Source of the DNA: Candidatus Methylomirabilis sp.
GTDB lineage: Bacteria > Oederibacteriota > PGYV01 > DYJU01
Length of the DNA: 64,000 bases
NCBI GenBank assembly: GCA_020722985.1
Contig: DYJU01000001.1
Span: 4,943 to 68,942, forward strand
Direction: 5' to 3'
Part shown: piece after piece, positions 28,723 through 39,446 of the stretch
Position numbering within the stretch: the first letter of the stretch is position 1
Layout: each line of letters begins with the position of its first letter
The notes under the pieces: generated by a model
What the model saw: only the letters and a program-made list of their open reading frames with translations
Database searches by the model: none
Told to the model about the DNA's origin: nothing
Program-made: the position numbers and the translations under genes

Positions 28723-30783
28723 ATGAAAACAAAAAAAGCGTTTTTGCGAAAAGGGTTAATTTCAATTAGAGAAATAATAATTGTAATAATTTTGTTATAC
28801 TTTAATTCTTTTTTGTTTTCGCAAAATTTCGGAACAAATACAGCAGAATTTATAAAAATAGAGCCAGAAGCAGAAACAGCAGGAATTGGTGGGGCTGGAA
28901 TTGCAATTGTAGATGGAACTAATTGTTTGTCGTTAAATCCAGGTCGTCTTGCATTACTTGATAAGTCCGAGATAACATTTAATGAAATACTCTGGTTTAA
29001 TAATATTTATATGGAATATTTTGCTTTTGCATATACACCTGAAATAGGAACTGGATTTGGTTTGAATTTTTTTTATATTAACTTTGGAGATTTTGATTCA
29101 ACAGGTTTCCTTTCTGAATCAATAAATGTCCAAAATGCATTTTTAAATTTTGGTTTTGGAAAAAGTTTTGGAGAAAGTTTTTCTTTAGGCATTTCCTTAA
29201 AAGGAATTTATGAAAGTTTTATTGATGAAAAAAGTTTTGGGCTTTCTTTTGACGCAGGATTTGTTTTACCACTGATAGAGAGAACTTTATTTACAGGGAT
29301 GTCTTTTAAGAATTTAGGTTTTTTATTTGGTGGTAAAGACCTTTTGCCGATGGAAATAGGATTGGGAATAGGATTTAAATTTTTTCAGCGGAATTTTGAC
29401 TTTGCCAATATAGCGTTAGACATTAGAAAAATAATAAACACAGATAATGTTTTTATTGGGGCGGGCTTTGAATATTATTTTTTAAAAATGTTAGCATTCA
29501 GATTGGGAGTAAAATATAACAATGCACTTGATATGGAACATATATTTGATAATCTACAAAATTTTCTTATCCTTTCAGGTGGGGTTGGCTTGAATTTTGG
29601 TGATACAGTATCAATTGATTATGCATATTCACCTATGGGAGATATTGGTATTGCTCATAGAGCTTCCTTGAAAATTAAATTTGGAGAATCCCATTATGAA
29701 GAACAACTCGCAGAAAAACAGGCAGTTTACATTCCAAAAGCAATTGAAGTTCCTGAAGTAAAAGCAGAAGCGGGGGAGATAAAAGCAGTATCATTTAAAC
29801 CAACTTTACCAGAAGAAAAAATAAAAGAATGGAAATTAAATATTAAAACATCAGATGGTAAAATAATTAAAACATATAGTGGTTTTGGTGAAATACCTAA
29901 AACTTTAAAATGGGATGGAACTGATAATCGTGGGCAGATATCAAAAGCAGACATAGGTTATATCTATGATTTTAAAGTAAAAGATGTAGGAGGAAAAATT
30001 ACTAAATCAATGGGTAAAATTCAGATAACCAAAAAATTTGAATTTTTAAAATTTGATGTAGAGAGTGCGCAGGAGCGTTTTATACCTGAAAAAGGAAAAG
30101 AGATGCTCGTTATACCGATGGCATCTATCATTTCGCCCGATTTTAAAGAACGTCAGAATGTTCCTTTTATAATGGAAAATAAATATATGAAAAAAATAAA
30201 GGGGTGGGAATTTAATATATATGATAAAAATGGCAATATTGTTAAAACTTTTTCAGGTAGAAGTGTTTTTCCATCATATCTTATATGGGATGGTAAGGAT
30301 ATAAATGGCAATTATGTAAAAGAAACAGATAAGTGCGATTATTTATTAGTACTTACCGGGATAGATAGTAAAAAGAAAGAAGTTAAAGAAAGAAAAATAG
30401 TAAGAAGTCCATTTGCTATAGCTTCTAAAAATAAAGTAGTGAAAGTTTTGAAGAAAATTTATTTTGATAAAAGATCGTATGAAATTATGTCTGAGATGCA
30501 GGATTGGATAAGTGAAATAGCAGAAGAAATAAAAAAATATAGAAAAGTTAATGTGTTTATCCAAGGACACTCTTCTAATGAAGGGACTGCAATTTATAAT
30601 CAGACAATTTCTGAAGAGAGGGCAAAAATGGTTTTAAGGGCACTGGTTGAAAATTATTATATAAATCCTAATATTTTATCTACGGCAGGTTATGGTAATA
30701 ATGTTCCTGCTGTTAAAGGTAGTGAAGAAGAAGCAGAACAGCAGAACAGAAGGGTTGAAATAATATTATTAGGAGAAGAATAG
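28723..30783 (+). CDS. Outer-membrane protein combining three parts: an N-terminal PorV/FadL-like beta-barrel, two internal FlgD-Ig/CTD-like domains and a C-terminal OmpA peptidoglycan-binding domain
   Basis: The signal peptide is followed by the motif TAEFIKIEPEAETAGIGGAGIAIVDGTNCLSLNPGRLALL. This resembles the PorV/FadL signature FL.I.PdARs.GMG.AgVA...NPA. Two internal repeats read K.W.LNIKTSDGKIIKTYSGFGEIPKTLKWDGTDNRGQ and KGWEFNIYDKNGNIVKTFSGRSVFPSYLIWDGKDINGN. The C-terminal OmpA block is NVFIQGHSSNEGTAIYNQTISEERAKMVLRAL...NRRVEIILL. The TAG stop is followed by TGA. Confidence 0.55.
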   Translation: MKTKKAFLRKGLISIREIIIVIILLYFNSFLFSQNFGTNTAEFIKIEPEAETAGIGGAGIAIVDGTNCLSLNPGRLALLDKSEITFNEILWFNNIYMEYFAFAYTPEIGTGFGLNFFYINFGDFDSTGFLSESINVQNAFLNFGFGKSFGESFSLGISLKGIYESFIDEKSFGLSFDAGFVLPLIERTLFTGMSFKNLGFLFGGKDLLPMEIGLGIGFKFFQRNFDFANIALDIRKIINTDNVFIGAGFEYYFLKMLAFRLGVKYNNALDMEHIFDNLQNFLILSGGVGLNFGDTVSIDYAYSPMGDIGIAHRASLKIKFGESHYEEQLAEKQAVYIPKAIEVPEVKAEAGEIKAVSFKPTLPEEKIKEWKLNIKTSDGKIIKTYSGFGEIPKTLKWDGTDNRGQISKADIGYIYDFKVKDVGGKITKSMGKIQITKKFEFLKFDVESAQERFIPEKGKEMLVIPMASIISPDFKERQNVPFIMENKYMKKIKGWEFNIYDKNGNIVKTFSGRSVFPSYLIWDGKDINGNYVKETDKCDYLLVLTGIDSKKKEVKERKIVRSPFAIASKNKVVKVLKKIYFDKRSYEIMSEMQDWISEIAEEIKKYRKVNVFIQGHSSNEGTAIYNQTISEERAKMVLRALVENYYINPNILSTAGYGNNVPAVKGSEEEAEQQNRRVEIILLGEE

Positions 30784-30785
30784 AA

Positions 30786-31856
30786 ATGAAAGTAAGAATC
30801 TTTTTATCAGTTTTATTAATTTTTATAATTTTTATCAATTGTAAAAAGCAAGCCCCAGGTGAAGCGCCTGAGAGTATTTTTAATAAAGCAAATAATTTTA
30901 TGGTAAAAAAGGAATATTCCCTTGCCATAGAATTATATTATAAACTTTTAAATGAATATCAAAATTTTAAAAAATACAGGTCGGATGTTATTTATCGTTT
31001 AGGTTTTTCACTTTATAAAACTGAAAGGTATGATGAAGCAGAAAAGATCCTTTTGCTTTTATTAAATAAATATAAAAACTATCCTAAAATAAAAAACGCT
31101 TATATTATGCTTATTCATATTTATATTCAGATTTTAAGAGACGAAGAAAAAGCATTAAAATTATTAAATATTTATAAAAAAGAATTTGGAGAAGATGAAA
31201 ATTATTATGAAATAAAAAAGACATTGCTATTTTTAAAAACAGATGATAAAGCGTTAAGTATTTTAAAACTTAAAGAAAAAGATATTGTTATAGTTAATGA
31301 CACCATTGTTGATTATTACGATAAGGAAATTTTCCCTGTTATAAATTATGAATTAAAAGCAAGAATATCAAATAATAAAAAAATGTTTGTTGAAAGAAAA
31401 AAAATAAAAGAAGGATATTATTTATTTTTAAAAAATTTGATCAATAATAAAACCACAAAAATCCATAGCAGTAAAAATGGTTATGCTCCACAATGGTCAT
31501 GGGATAACAGGTTGATATTATTTACTGCAATGGATTGGGATAATGAAGAGAGAAAAATAAAAATATATGATTTAGGAAAAAATAAAAGTAATATGATATT
31601 TAAAGGGAAAAATATTGGAAGTATTTTATGCATTTCTCCTGATTCAACTAAAATCATTTTTAGTTATGTTGGAAAATATTGGATTATAAATAGCAATGGG
31701 TCAAATGTTTCATTACTCCATAAAAATTTAAACAGTTCAGATATTGAATTTATGGCGTGGTCAAGAGATAGCGATAAAATACTGGTAAAAAAAAGAAAAG
31801 AAAAAAAATACCATATATTACAGCTTGGAAAAAGAGAAATAAGTATATTTAAATAA
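30786..31856 (+). CDS. Lipoprotein with N-terminal TPR repeats and a C-terminal TolB-like PD40/WD40 beta-propeller
   Basis: A lipobox-like FINC ends the signal peptide. TPR motifs follow (AIELYYKLLNEYQNF...). PD40-like repeats come next (SSKNGYAPQWSWDNRLILFTA; ISPDSTKIIFSY; MAWSRDSDKIL). Confidence 0.5.
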   Translation: MKVRIFLSVLLIFIIFINCKKQAPGEAPESIFNKANNFMVKKEYSLAIELYYKLLNEYQNFKKYRSDVIYRLGFSLYKTERYDEAEKILLLLLNKYKNYPKIKNAYIMLIHIYIQILRDEEKALKLLNIYKKEFGEDENYYEIKKTLLFLKTDDKALSILKLKEKDIVIVNDTIVDYYDKEIFPVINYELKARISNNKKMFVERKKIKEGYYLFLKNLINNKTTKIHSSKNGYAPQWSWDNRLILFTAMDWDNEERKIKIYDLGKNKSNMIFKGKNIGSILCISPDSTKIIFSYVGKYWIINSNGSNVSLLHKNLNSSDIEFMAWSRDSDKILVKKRKEKKYHILQLGKREISIFK

Positions 31857-31867
31857 AGGAGGATTAA

Positions 31868-33724
31868 ATGAAAAAATTATTAAGTTTTTTGTTCTTGTTT
31901 TTTATTCTTTTTAATTTTTTGTCCCTTGCTTCTATTGAAGAATATAAAAAAGCAGTTGAACTTGAAAAAGATAATGTCATTAAAAGATTTAATCTGGGAC
32001 TTGCATATTATAAAGAACAGATGTTTGATGATTCAATAAAAACATTTAAAGAAATGCTTGAACTTAACAGGGCAGATATAGAATCTCATAAAAAAGTTGA
32101 TGCAACTGCAACTCAACTTATAGGTATAATTTATTTTAATTATAAAGAAAATGATGATGAATCTATAAAATATTTTAATAAAACAATGGAATTAAATCCT
32201 TCTGACCCGGACAATTATTATTATGCTGGACTTGCTTTTTTAAGAAAAAACGATTTAGAAAAAGCATTATCAATGTTTTTAGAAAGTTTAAAAAAAGGTA
32301 TTAAAGATACAACTGATGTTAATTTCAGGATTGGTTTGATTTATTATAAGAAAGGCATTTATGGAGAAGCACAGAAGCATTTTGAAAATGTTATTAAAGA
32401 AAAATCAGACCATATAGAAGCCCTGGAACAATTAGGGCTTATTTATCATAAAAGAGAAAATTCAAAAGAAACGATAAGAGTTTTTAAAAAGGTGGTAAGG
32501 ATAAAACCCGATGATTTTAATGCATATTACCTTTTAGGACTTAATTATTTTAAAGAAAAACAATATGAAAAAATGATAGAGGCATATAAAAAAGCAATAA
32601 CGATAAATCCTGATTTTGCAGATGCGCATTATAATCTCGGTATGGCTTATTATTATAGAAATATGTATGAAGATGCAATAGAAGAACTTGAAAAGGCAAA
32701 AAAATTAAATCCAGATGATCCTGCTACTTATTCTTTTTTGGCACAGGTAAAAACAACTGCTTTTGAATATCATTTAAGTAAAGGAACAACATATTTAACA
32801 GAAGAAGAATATTATAAAGCCAAAAATGAATTTGAACTCGCTTTAAAAGCAAAACCTGGTGATGGTGAAGCAGAAAAATATAAAAATAAAGCGCTTGAAG
32901 CAATAAAAAAGGAAATACCTTTCCGTCTTGAAAAGGCAGATAAATATTTTAAAGCAGGTAAATATTCTGAGGCATTTACAGAATGGAATGGTGTAATTGA
33001 GATAGACCCTGAAAACAGCGAAGCAAAAGAAGGATTAAAAAAGATAGAAAAAAATTTAAGCGATATTATAAATGCACGAGAAAAAAAGGCTAAAGACCTG
33101 TTAGGTGAAGGGAAATATACTGAAGCGTTAAATGAATATATTGAACTTAAAAAAGTAATTCCTAAAACAAAACTGGCTGCTGTTAATGAAAAAATAACGA
33201 AAATAAGAACAAAATTAAAAATAAAAGTTGCTACGCTTTTAAACGATGCTGAAAAATATTTAATAGGAGAAAAAAAGAATTATAAAAAGGCACTTGAAAA
33301 ATATAATGAAGTGTTAAAATATGATGAAAATAACGAAAAAGCATTAAACGGAATAACAAAAATAAATTCCAAAATTGAAGAAGATAAAGAAAAATATTTA
33401 GAATATGGCAAACAAAATATGAAAAGCAATAGGATTAAAGCTTTAAATTATTTTAAAAAAGTTTTAGAACTTGACCCTAATAATAAAGACGCAGATAAGT
33501 TTATCCAGGAATTAACAGGTGAAGAATCAAAACAGGCTAAAGATGCAAAACAGATCAGGACGCTTTATTATGAAGGTGTTGATAAGTATGTAAATGGCGA
33601 TATAGAGCAAGCAATCGCAATCTGGCAAAAAGTTTTATCAATTGATCCCGGTCATATTGAAGCAAAGAAAAATATGCAAAGGGCAAAGGAAAAACTCGCT
33701 GCTATTAAAAGTCTGACTAAATGA
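31868..33724 (+). CDS. Multi-TPR repeat protein, 618 aa
   Basis: It has a signal peptide and at least ten TPR units (for example AYYLLGLNYFKEKQYEKMIEAYKKAITINPDFADAHYNLGMAYY). Confidence 0.65.
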   Translation: MKKLLSFLFLFFILFNFLSLASIEEYKKAVELEKDNVIKRFNLGLAYYKEQMFDDSIKTFKEMLELNRADIESHKKVDATATQLIGIIYFNYKENDDESIKYFNKTMELNPSDPDNYYYAGLAFLRKNDLEKALSMFLESLKKGIKDTTDVNFRIGLIYYKKGIYGEAQKHFENVIKEKSDHIEALEQLGLIYHKRENSKETIRVFKKVVRIKPDDFNAYYLLGLNYFKEKQYEKMIEAYKKAITINPDFADAHYNLGMAYYYRNMYEDAIEELEKAKKLNPDDPATYSFLAQVKTTAFEYHLSKGTTYLTEEEYYKAKNEFELALKAKPGDGEAEKYKNKALEAIKKEIPFRLEKADKYFKAGKYSEAFTEWNGVIEIDPENSEAKEGLKKIEKNLSDIINAREKKAKDLLGEGKYTEALNEYIELKKVIPKTKLAAVNEKITKIRTKLKIKVATLLNDAEKYLIGEKKNYKKALEKYNEVLKYDENNEKALNGITKINSKIEEDKEKYLEYGKQNMKSNRIKALNYFKKVLELDPNNKDADKFIQELTGEESKQAKDAKQIRTLYYEGVDKYVNGDIEQAIAIWQKVLSIDPGHIEAKKNMQRAKEKLAAIKSLTK

Positions 33725-34764
33725 AAGGAAATATACAAATGAAAGTAACTATTTATGATGTGGCTAAAAGGGCAAAAGTTTCAATATCAACAGCATCAAA
33801 GGCATTAAATGATAGACGTGATGTGAGTGAGGCAACCAAACAGCGCGTTCGGGAAATTGCAAAAGAATTAAACTATGAACCATCACATTTTGCAAGAGCA
33901 TTAGCCTCGCGTAAGACAAATAATATTGGTGTTATTACAGTAAGATATTTTAAAACTCCGATTCTCACGAACCCTTTTTATTCAAAAATAATAGAAGGTA
34001 TAGAAGAACAATTGATAGGAACGGAATTTAATCTTTTAACCAATATTTTAAACAAAGAACAATTAAAAAGTATGGAAATTCCAAGAATGATAAAAGAAAA
34101 AAATGTAGATGGTGTTATACTTATGGGACATATGAATAAAGAGTTTATAGATATGCTAAATCAAAAAGGCATTCCTGTGGTTATGATAGATAATTATTTT
34201 GAAGGCACACCAATAAAATATGTAATTGCTGATAATATTGACGGTGCTTATCAGATCGTGAGTTATCTTATCAATACAGGACATAAAAAAATTGCATACC
34301 TTGCTGTTTCAAAAGAAAGATATAGTTTTGTAGAAAGAGAAAAAGGTTACAGGAAAGCACTTGAAGGAAAAGGGATTCCAATTGATGAAAGATTCATTAT
34401 ATACAGTTCTGAGCAAGGGGATGAGCAGGATTATAGCTGGATGAAAAAAGTATTTGAATATGATGAAAAACCAGATGCTTTATTTTTATGCAATGATGTA
34501 AATGCAATACTTGCTTTAAATATGTTAAATAATATGGGCATTAGGGTTCCTGATGATATAAGTGTTGCAGGATTTGATAACATTGATTTAACTCAGCATT
34601 TCATTCCATCAATAACAACAGTTGATATACCAAAAGATTTGATGGGGAAAAAAGCAGTTGAAATATTATTAAACATAATTGCAAAGAAAAAAGAAGGAAT
34701 AGAAAATATAATTTTTCCGACACAACTTATAATAAGAAATTCAACAAAAGAAAGAAAAAGTTAA
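33721..34764 (+). CDS. LacI-family transcriptional regulator
   Basis: It has an N-terminal helix-turn-helix (VTIYDVAKRAKVSISTASKALND) and a periplasmic-binding-protein-like sugar-binding core. Confidence 0.8.
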   Translation: MKGNIQMKVTIYDVAKRAKVSISTASKALNDRRDVSEATKQRVREIAKELNYEPSHFARALASRKTNNIGVITVRYFKTPILTNPFYSKIIEGIEEQLIGTEFNLLTNILNKEQLKSMEIPRMIKEKNVDGVILMGHMNKEFIDMLNQKGIPVVMIDNYFEGTPIKYVIADNIDGAYQIVSYLINTGHKKIAYLAVSKERYSFVEREKGYRKALEGKGIPIDERFIIYSSEQGDEQDYSWMKKVFEYDEKPDALFLCNDVNAILALNMLNNMGIRVPDDISVAGFDNIDLTQHFIPSITTVDIPKDLMGKKAVEILLNIIAKKKEGIENIIFPTQLIIRNSTKERKS

Positions 34765-34818
34765 AATTCAATTTTTATTATAAAAAAATTTTTTATTAAA
34801 CAAACAAAAGGATTATTT

Positions 34819-36015
34819 ATGAAAATAAAAGAAAATTTAATATTATATCTATTTTTATTATATGCCTTATTTGCAGTTGTATCAATAACAATATCGGAAT
34901 TTTTTTTTATTTTAACGCTTATATTATGTATTTGTGAGATAATAAAGAAAAAAATAGATATAAAAAAAATTTTTTCAACGCCTGTCGCTTTGCCTGTAAT
35001 TATTTTTATTATTTTTCATTTTATATCGGCACTTTTTAGTATAGACCATTTTAATAGTTTAAAAGATATGAGGAAAGTTTATTTAATATTGATGTTTTTT
35101 TTAAGTATATATTGCCTTGATAATACAGAAAAAATAAAAGCAGTTTTAAATGCTTTTACTTCAGGAGCAGGTTTTGTAGGATTATATGCTATTATAAATA
35201 GTATTTATTTTAAATATATAAAAGGGATTTCTGATTTTAGAGCAACTTCTTTTTCTGGTAATCATATGCATTTAGGTGGAATGCTTATGATGGCTTTGAT
35301 CATAATTTTTATATTATTGATATATTCTATAAAAGAAAAACAAAAAGTTAAAACTTTTTTTTATACTATAACTTTTATTATAGTTTTTTTGGGGCTTTTG
35401 TTTACCTATACACGTAGTTCCTGGATTTCCGCTATTTCTGGTATACTTTTAATTTTATTTATTTTAAATAAAAAATGGTTTTTAAGTGGCATTGCAGTTT
35501 TATTTTTGTTATTTATTTTATTTTTTAATACTTCGTTTGCCCAGCGAATTGTAAGAACCGTTTCCTTTTTTTCAAATGATTCGGGTGCGGAAAGAATTTA
35601 TATGTGGAAAAGCGGGCTTAATATAATCAAAGATTATCCTTTAACCGGCATAGGGACAGCCAACCTTGAAAAAATATATCCGCGTTATATTAATAAAAAT
35701 GCAAAAGAAAAAAATCAGGGGCACATGCATAATAATATTTTACAGATTGCAGTAATTGATGGTTTGCCTGGACTCGCTGCTTTTTTATGGATTTTTATTG
35801 CGATTTTTATTTATTTTTATAAAAATTTTATAAAAGCAAAAGAAACCTATTTAAAATATATTTTACTTTCTGCTTTTTCAATTAGTGTTTCTTTTTTTAT
35901 TAATGGTTTTTTTGAATATAATTTTTTTTCTTCGCAGGTTGTATTGATTTTCTGGTTTTTAATAGGAACTGGTGAAGCTGCAAAAAGGTTGATAATAAAT
36001 GACCATGCAAATTGA
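34819..36015 (+). CDS. O-antigen ligase or polymerase family membrane protein (WaaL/Wzy_C domain)
   Basis: It has about twelve transmembrane helices and a Wzy_C block (TYTRSSWISAISGILLILFIL) with a periplasmic loop. Confidence 0.65.
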   Translation: MKIKENLILYLFLLYALFAVVSITISEFFFILTLILCICEIIKKKIDIKKIFSTPVALPVIIFIIFHFISALFSIDHFNSLKDMRKVYLILMFFLSIYCLDNTEKIKAVLNAFTSGAGFVGLYAIINSIYFKYIKGISDFRATSFSGNHMHLGGMLMMALIIIFILLIYSIKEKQKVKTFFYTITFIIVFLGLLFTYTRSSWISAISGILLILFILNKKWFLSGIAVLFLLFILFFNTSFAQRIVRTVSFFSNDSGAERIYMWKSGLNIIKDYPLTGIGTANLEKIYPRYINKNAKEKNQGHMHNNILQIAVIDGLPGLAAFLWIFIAIFIYFYKNFIKAKETYLKYILLSAFSISVSFFINGFFEYNFFSSQVVLIFWFLIGTGEAAKRLIINDHAN

Positions 36016-37111
36016 TAAAAGAAAAATAAAAAAAATTCTTATTTTAAGACCCCGAGCAATAGGAGATGTGATCCTGACAACTCCATTTATAAGAACATTA
36101 AGAAAAGAATTCCCGCAGGCACAGATTGATTATGTTGTAGAAGAATTTGTCAAGCCTGTTTTAGAAGGCAATCCCCATATCTCCAATATTATTATACTAA
36201 AAAGACATAAATTAAAAAAAGAACCGGAAAATATAAAAGCAATAAAAAATAAGTTGAAAAAGTCAATGCCTTCTGTCAAAATAATAGAAGATATTAGATT
36301 TTATCTAAAACTTATTAAAGAAAGATATGATATTGTTTTTGACCTATGGGGCAATTTAAGGACAGCCCTTATAAGCTTTTTGACAGGAGCAAAGTATAGA
36401 GTCGGTTTTACCTTTCGTTTTAGAAAATATTTTTATAATATAAGGGTAAGACCTGATATTATCCCAAAGTATAATGCCAATTACCACCTTGATCTTTTGA
36501 GAGCAATAGGTGTAGAGCCAGATTCGGATAGAACTGAATTTTATTTTAATGAGAGTGATGATGAATTCATTAAAAATTTTTTAAAAAACGCAGGTATAAG
36601 AGAAAATGATGCTATTATTGGATTAAGTGGTTCGGGGTCATGGGTTACTAAAAGGTGGTTTGAAGAGAAATTTTCAAAACTGGCTGATATTATACTTAAA
36701 GAGATAAAAAATTCAAAAATCATCATCTTATGGGGACCGGGTGAAAAACAAATGGCAGAAAAGATAATAAACGGTATAGAATCAGATAAGGACAGGGTTT
36801 TTTTAGCGCCAGAGACAAATTTAAAACAGTTTGGCGCTTTGATTAAAAATTTAACACTTTTAATTACCAATGATGGTGCAGCAAGCCATATTGCTGTTGC
36901 AGTTTCAACTAAGTCAATAACTATTTATGGTCCTACAAACCCTATTTCCTGGTCACCAGAAGGAAATAAAATGCATTTAACTGTTTCGCCTTTGATAAAA
37001 TGTGCTCCATGTGATAAAACCATATGTCCTTCTGGAACAATAGAATGTATGAAAAAGATAGATGAAAAGGAAGTTTTTGAAAAAGTAAAAAATATTCTGG
37101 AATTAAGTTAA
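35999..37111 (+). CDS. Glycosyltransferase family 9 (ADP-heptose:LPS heptosyltransferase-like, RfaF/RfaC/RfaQ family)
   Basis: The N-terminus reads KKILILRPRAIGDVILTTPFIRTLRKEFPQAQIDYVV, which is typical of GT9. The C-terminal block is LLITNDGAASHIA. Confidence 0.75.
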   Translation: MTMQIDKRKIKKILILRPRAIGDVILTTPFIRTLRKEFPQAQIDYVVEEFVKPVLEGNPHISNIIILKRHKLKKEPENIKAIKNKLKKSMPSVKIIEDIRFYLKLIKERYDIVFDLWGNLRTALISFLTGAKYRVGFTFRFRKYFYNIRVRPDIIPKYNANYHLDLLRAIGVEPDSDRTEFYFNESDDEFIKNFLKNAGIRENDAIIGLSGSGSWVTKRWFEEKFSKLADIILKEIKNSKIIILWGPGEKQMAEKIINGIESDKDRVFLAPETNLKQFGALIKNLTLLITNDGAASHIAVAVSTKSITIYGPTNPISWSPEGNKMHLTVSPLIKCAPCDKTICPSGTIECMKKIDEKEVFEKVKNILELS

Positions 37112-37137
37112 ATAAATCTAACTGGAGGTTTCTTGTT

Positions 37138-37803
37138 ATGGTTGATATTGATATAGATAAAATACTTGAAAAAACTGAAAAGATGGAGGAAGAAAAGAAA
37201 AAGAAACAAAAAGTAATTTTAATTTCAATTACTTCTGCCACTGTAATTTTACTTGCGATTTTTATATTTTTTTTAATAAATATTATTTTAGGTGAAAAAA
37301 GCACAGTTTATTACCCATTAAAGAGTGGAATTAAATTTATTTATAATAAAAAGAATCAAAGTCCAGAAGAATGGGAAATTTTAAATAAAATAGAAAATAT
37401 AAATAATTATGAGTGCAAAATTTTAAATGTTATTGACAAAGGAACGTTTTCTTCAACACAGGAATATTATTATACAGGAAAGAAAGAAGGAATAATAAGG
37501 ATGGCAATATCAAAAGATTATGGGAAAAAAATAAAAGCAGGTTTTAAATTACTTCCTGCAAGAATAAAAAAAGGCATGGAATTTAAAACAGGGAAAATTA
37601 AAGATAAAATTATTAATGCAAAAGTTGAAGAAAAGGAAACTTTATCTTTACCTATTGGAACTTTAACTACTTACAGGGTTCATTATAAGGCAGAACCATA
37701 TTATGATGAAATAATATGGTTTGCAAAAAATACTGGAATAGTAAAAAAAGTTGATAATGTAAATAATACAGAATTAAATATTATTAATATGGAAGAAAGA
37801 TGA
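37138..37803 (+). CDS. Hypothetical membrane-anchored protein
   Basis: It has one N-terminal transmembrane helix and no recognised motif. Its stop overlaps the MCP gene start in an ATGA arrangement. Confidence 0.35.
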   Translation: MVDIDIDKILEKTEKMEEEKKKKQKVILISITSATVILLAIFIFFLINIILGEKSTVYYPLKSGIKFIYNKKNQSPEEWEILNKIENINNYECKILNVIDKGTFSSTQEYYYTGKKEGIIRMAISKDYGKKIKAGFKLLPARIKKGMEFKTGKIKDKIINAKVEEKETLSLPIGTLTTYRVHYKAEPYYDEIIWFAKNTGIVKKVDNVNNTELNIINMEER

Positions 37804-39446
37804 ATATAAATAAATTTATTTTAAAGAAAGATTTTTTATTTTATATTGCATTAGGTTCATTATTGCTGGTTATGATTTTGTTTTCTATAGTAAATTCTTA
37901 CACAAAAAAGCAAATTGCAAAAAGCAATGAAATTATTGAAAAAAATTTATCGGATATATCAATCCTGTCTATCATATATTCGGATTTAAAAAGTTATACT
38001 GCTAAACTTATCTTAATCAGGAATTTAAAATGGAATAATTCATCAAAAATAAAATATTTAAGCGTTAAATTTAATAAACAAAAAGAAAATATCCAGAAGA
38101 TAAATAAAGAATATATAAAAAATTTATTAACTTCTTTTTTTGAAAATTTAAAAGAAATAGAACCGGATAAAACTTCAACTAAAATTTTAACAGAAAAGAT
38201 AAATAAAAATAATGGATTTTTAAAAAAAATTGATACTTCAATTCAACTGTTAAAAGCAGAAATAAATAAAAGCAGGGCAAATTTAAAACAAATTTCTGGT
38301 TCATCTGGAATTATTTTTATAGTTGTTGTTTTTATTATATTGATAATTTCCGGATGGGGGTTTTATTATAATTATAATGCAATAAATATAACAAAATCTT
38401 TTATTGAAAAATGGCAAATAGAAACTTCCATTATCGAAAATTTTGGAGAATTTTTTAGCATTAAAGAAAAATTAAATGAATTTTTATCAGAAGTAAAAAA
38501 AGCAAAATTAATTGAAAAAAATACAGAAGAAAAAATTAAATTAATTAAAGATGCATTAATAAATGTTATAACTTCTTTTTCTGAAATTTCACTTGCTGCT
38601 GATTCTGTATCAACTGCGTCTCAGGAACTTGCAAAAAAAATTACAGGGTATTCTGATAGTATAAAAAGCACAAAAGATTTGACAATCAATATGGCAAATG
38701 ATACAGAAAAGATAAGAACAGAAACAAATAAGGGGGCTGTTTATTCACAAAAAATGAATGAAACAGCAAAGGCAGATGAAGACACTATCGTTTCAATTAT
38801 AAAAGAAATTGAATCAATGCATGGGGTTATAAATGATTTAAATAACGTAATAGGTAATATGAATACTAAAGCAACAGAAATAAGTAAAGTGGCTTCTTTG
38901 ATAAAAGAAATAGCAGAGCAGACTAACCTTCTCGCTTTAAATGCTTCAATAGAAGCAGCAAGGGCAGGGGAGGCTGGCAGAGGTTTTGCTGTTGTTGCCG
39001 AAGAAATAAGACAACTTGCAGAATCTACAGGTAGTGCGTCCAAAAAGATTTCAGAAGAAGTAAGAGAAATAAATAAAATAACTAATCTTACAGTTGAAAA
39101 AATAAGTGGGGCAACCAAAAGAATAAATGCAAGTGTGAGTGTTGCAAATGATGTTGCAATTTCATTCCAGAAAATAAAAGATTCAATTGAAGAAACAATG
39201 CAGGTATCGGGCAATATTTATAATTTAACAAATGATGAAGTAAACAAAATACAGAGCATAGTTGGAATAATTAAGGATGTTGAAAGTATAATTGATGAAA
39301 TGGCTTCAAATATAGAAGGCATATCAGCTTCCATTGAGCAGGAAACTGCAAGCATTGAAAATTTGCGTTCGTCCTTAGAAGAGATTTATCAAAAATCCGA
39401 AAATATACGGCTTGATATAGAGAAAATCAGGAAATCTGAAAATTAA
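37800..39446 (+). CDS. Methyl-accepting chemotaxis protein
   Basis: It has two transmembrane helices and a highly conserved MCP signalling hairpin ([41 protein letters not shown]). Confidence 0.8.
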   Translation: MNINKFILKKDFLFYIALGSLLLVMILFSIVNSYTKKQIAKSNEIIEKNLSDISILSIIYSDLKSYTAKLILIRNLKWNNSSKIKYLSVKFNKQKENIQKINKEYIKNLLTSFFENLKEIEPDKTSTKILTEKINKNNGFLKKIDTSIQLLKAEINKSRANLKQISGSSGIIFIVVVFIILIISGWGFYYNYNAINITKSFIEKWQIETSIIENFGEFFSIKEKLNEFLSEVKKAKLIEKNTEEKIKLIKDALINVITSFSEISLAADSVSTASQELAKKITGYSDSIKSTKDLTINMANDTEKIRTETNKGAVYSQKMNETAKADEDTIVSIIKEIESMHGVINDLNNVIGNMNTKATEISKVASLIKEIAEQTNLLALNASIEAARAGEAGRGFAVVAEEIRQLAESTGSASKKISEEVREINKITNLTVEKISGATKRINASVSVANDVAISFQKIKDSIEETMQVSGNIYNLTNDEVNKIQSIVGIIKDVESIIDEMASNIEGISASIEQETASIENLRSSLEEIYQKSENIRLDIEKIRKSEN

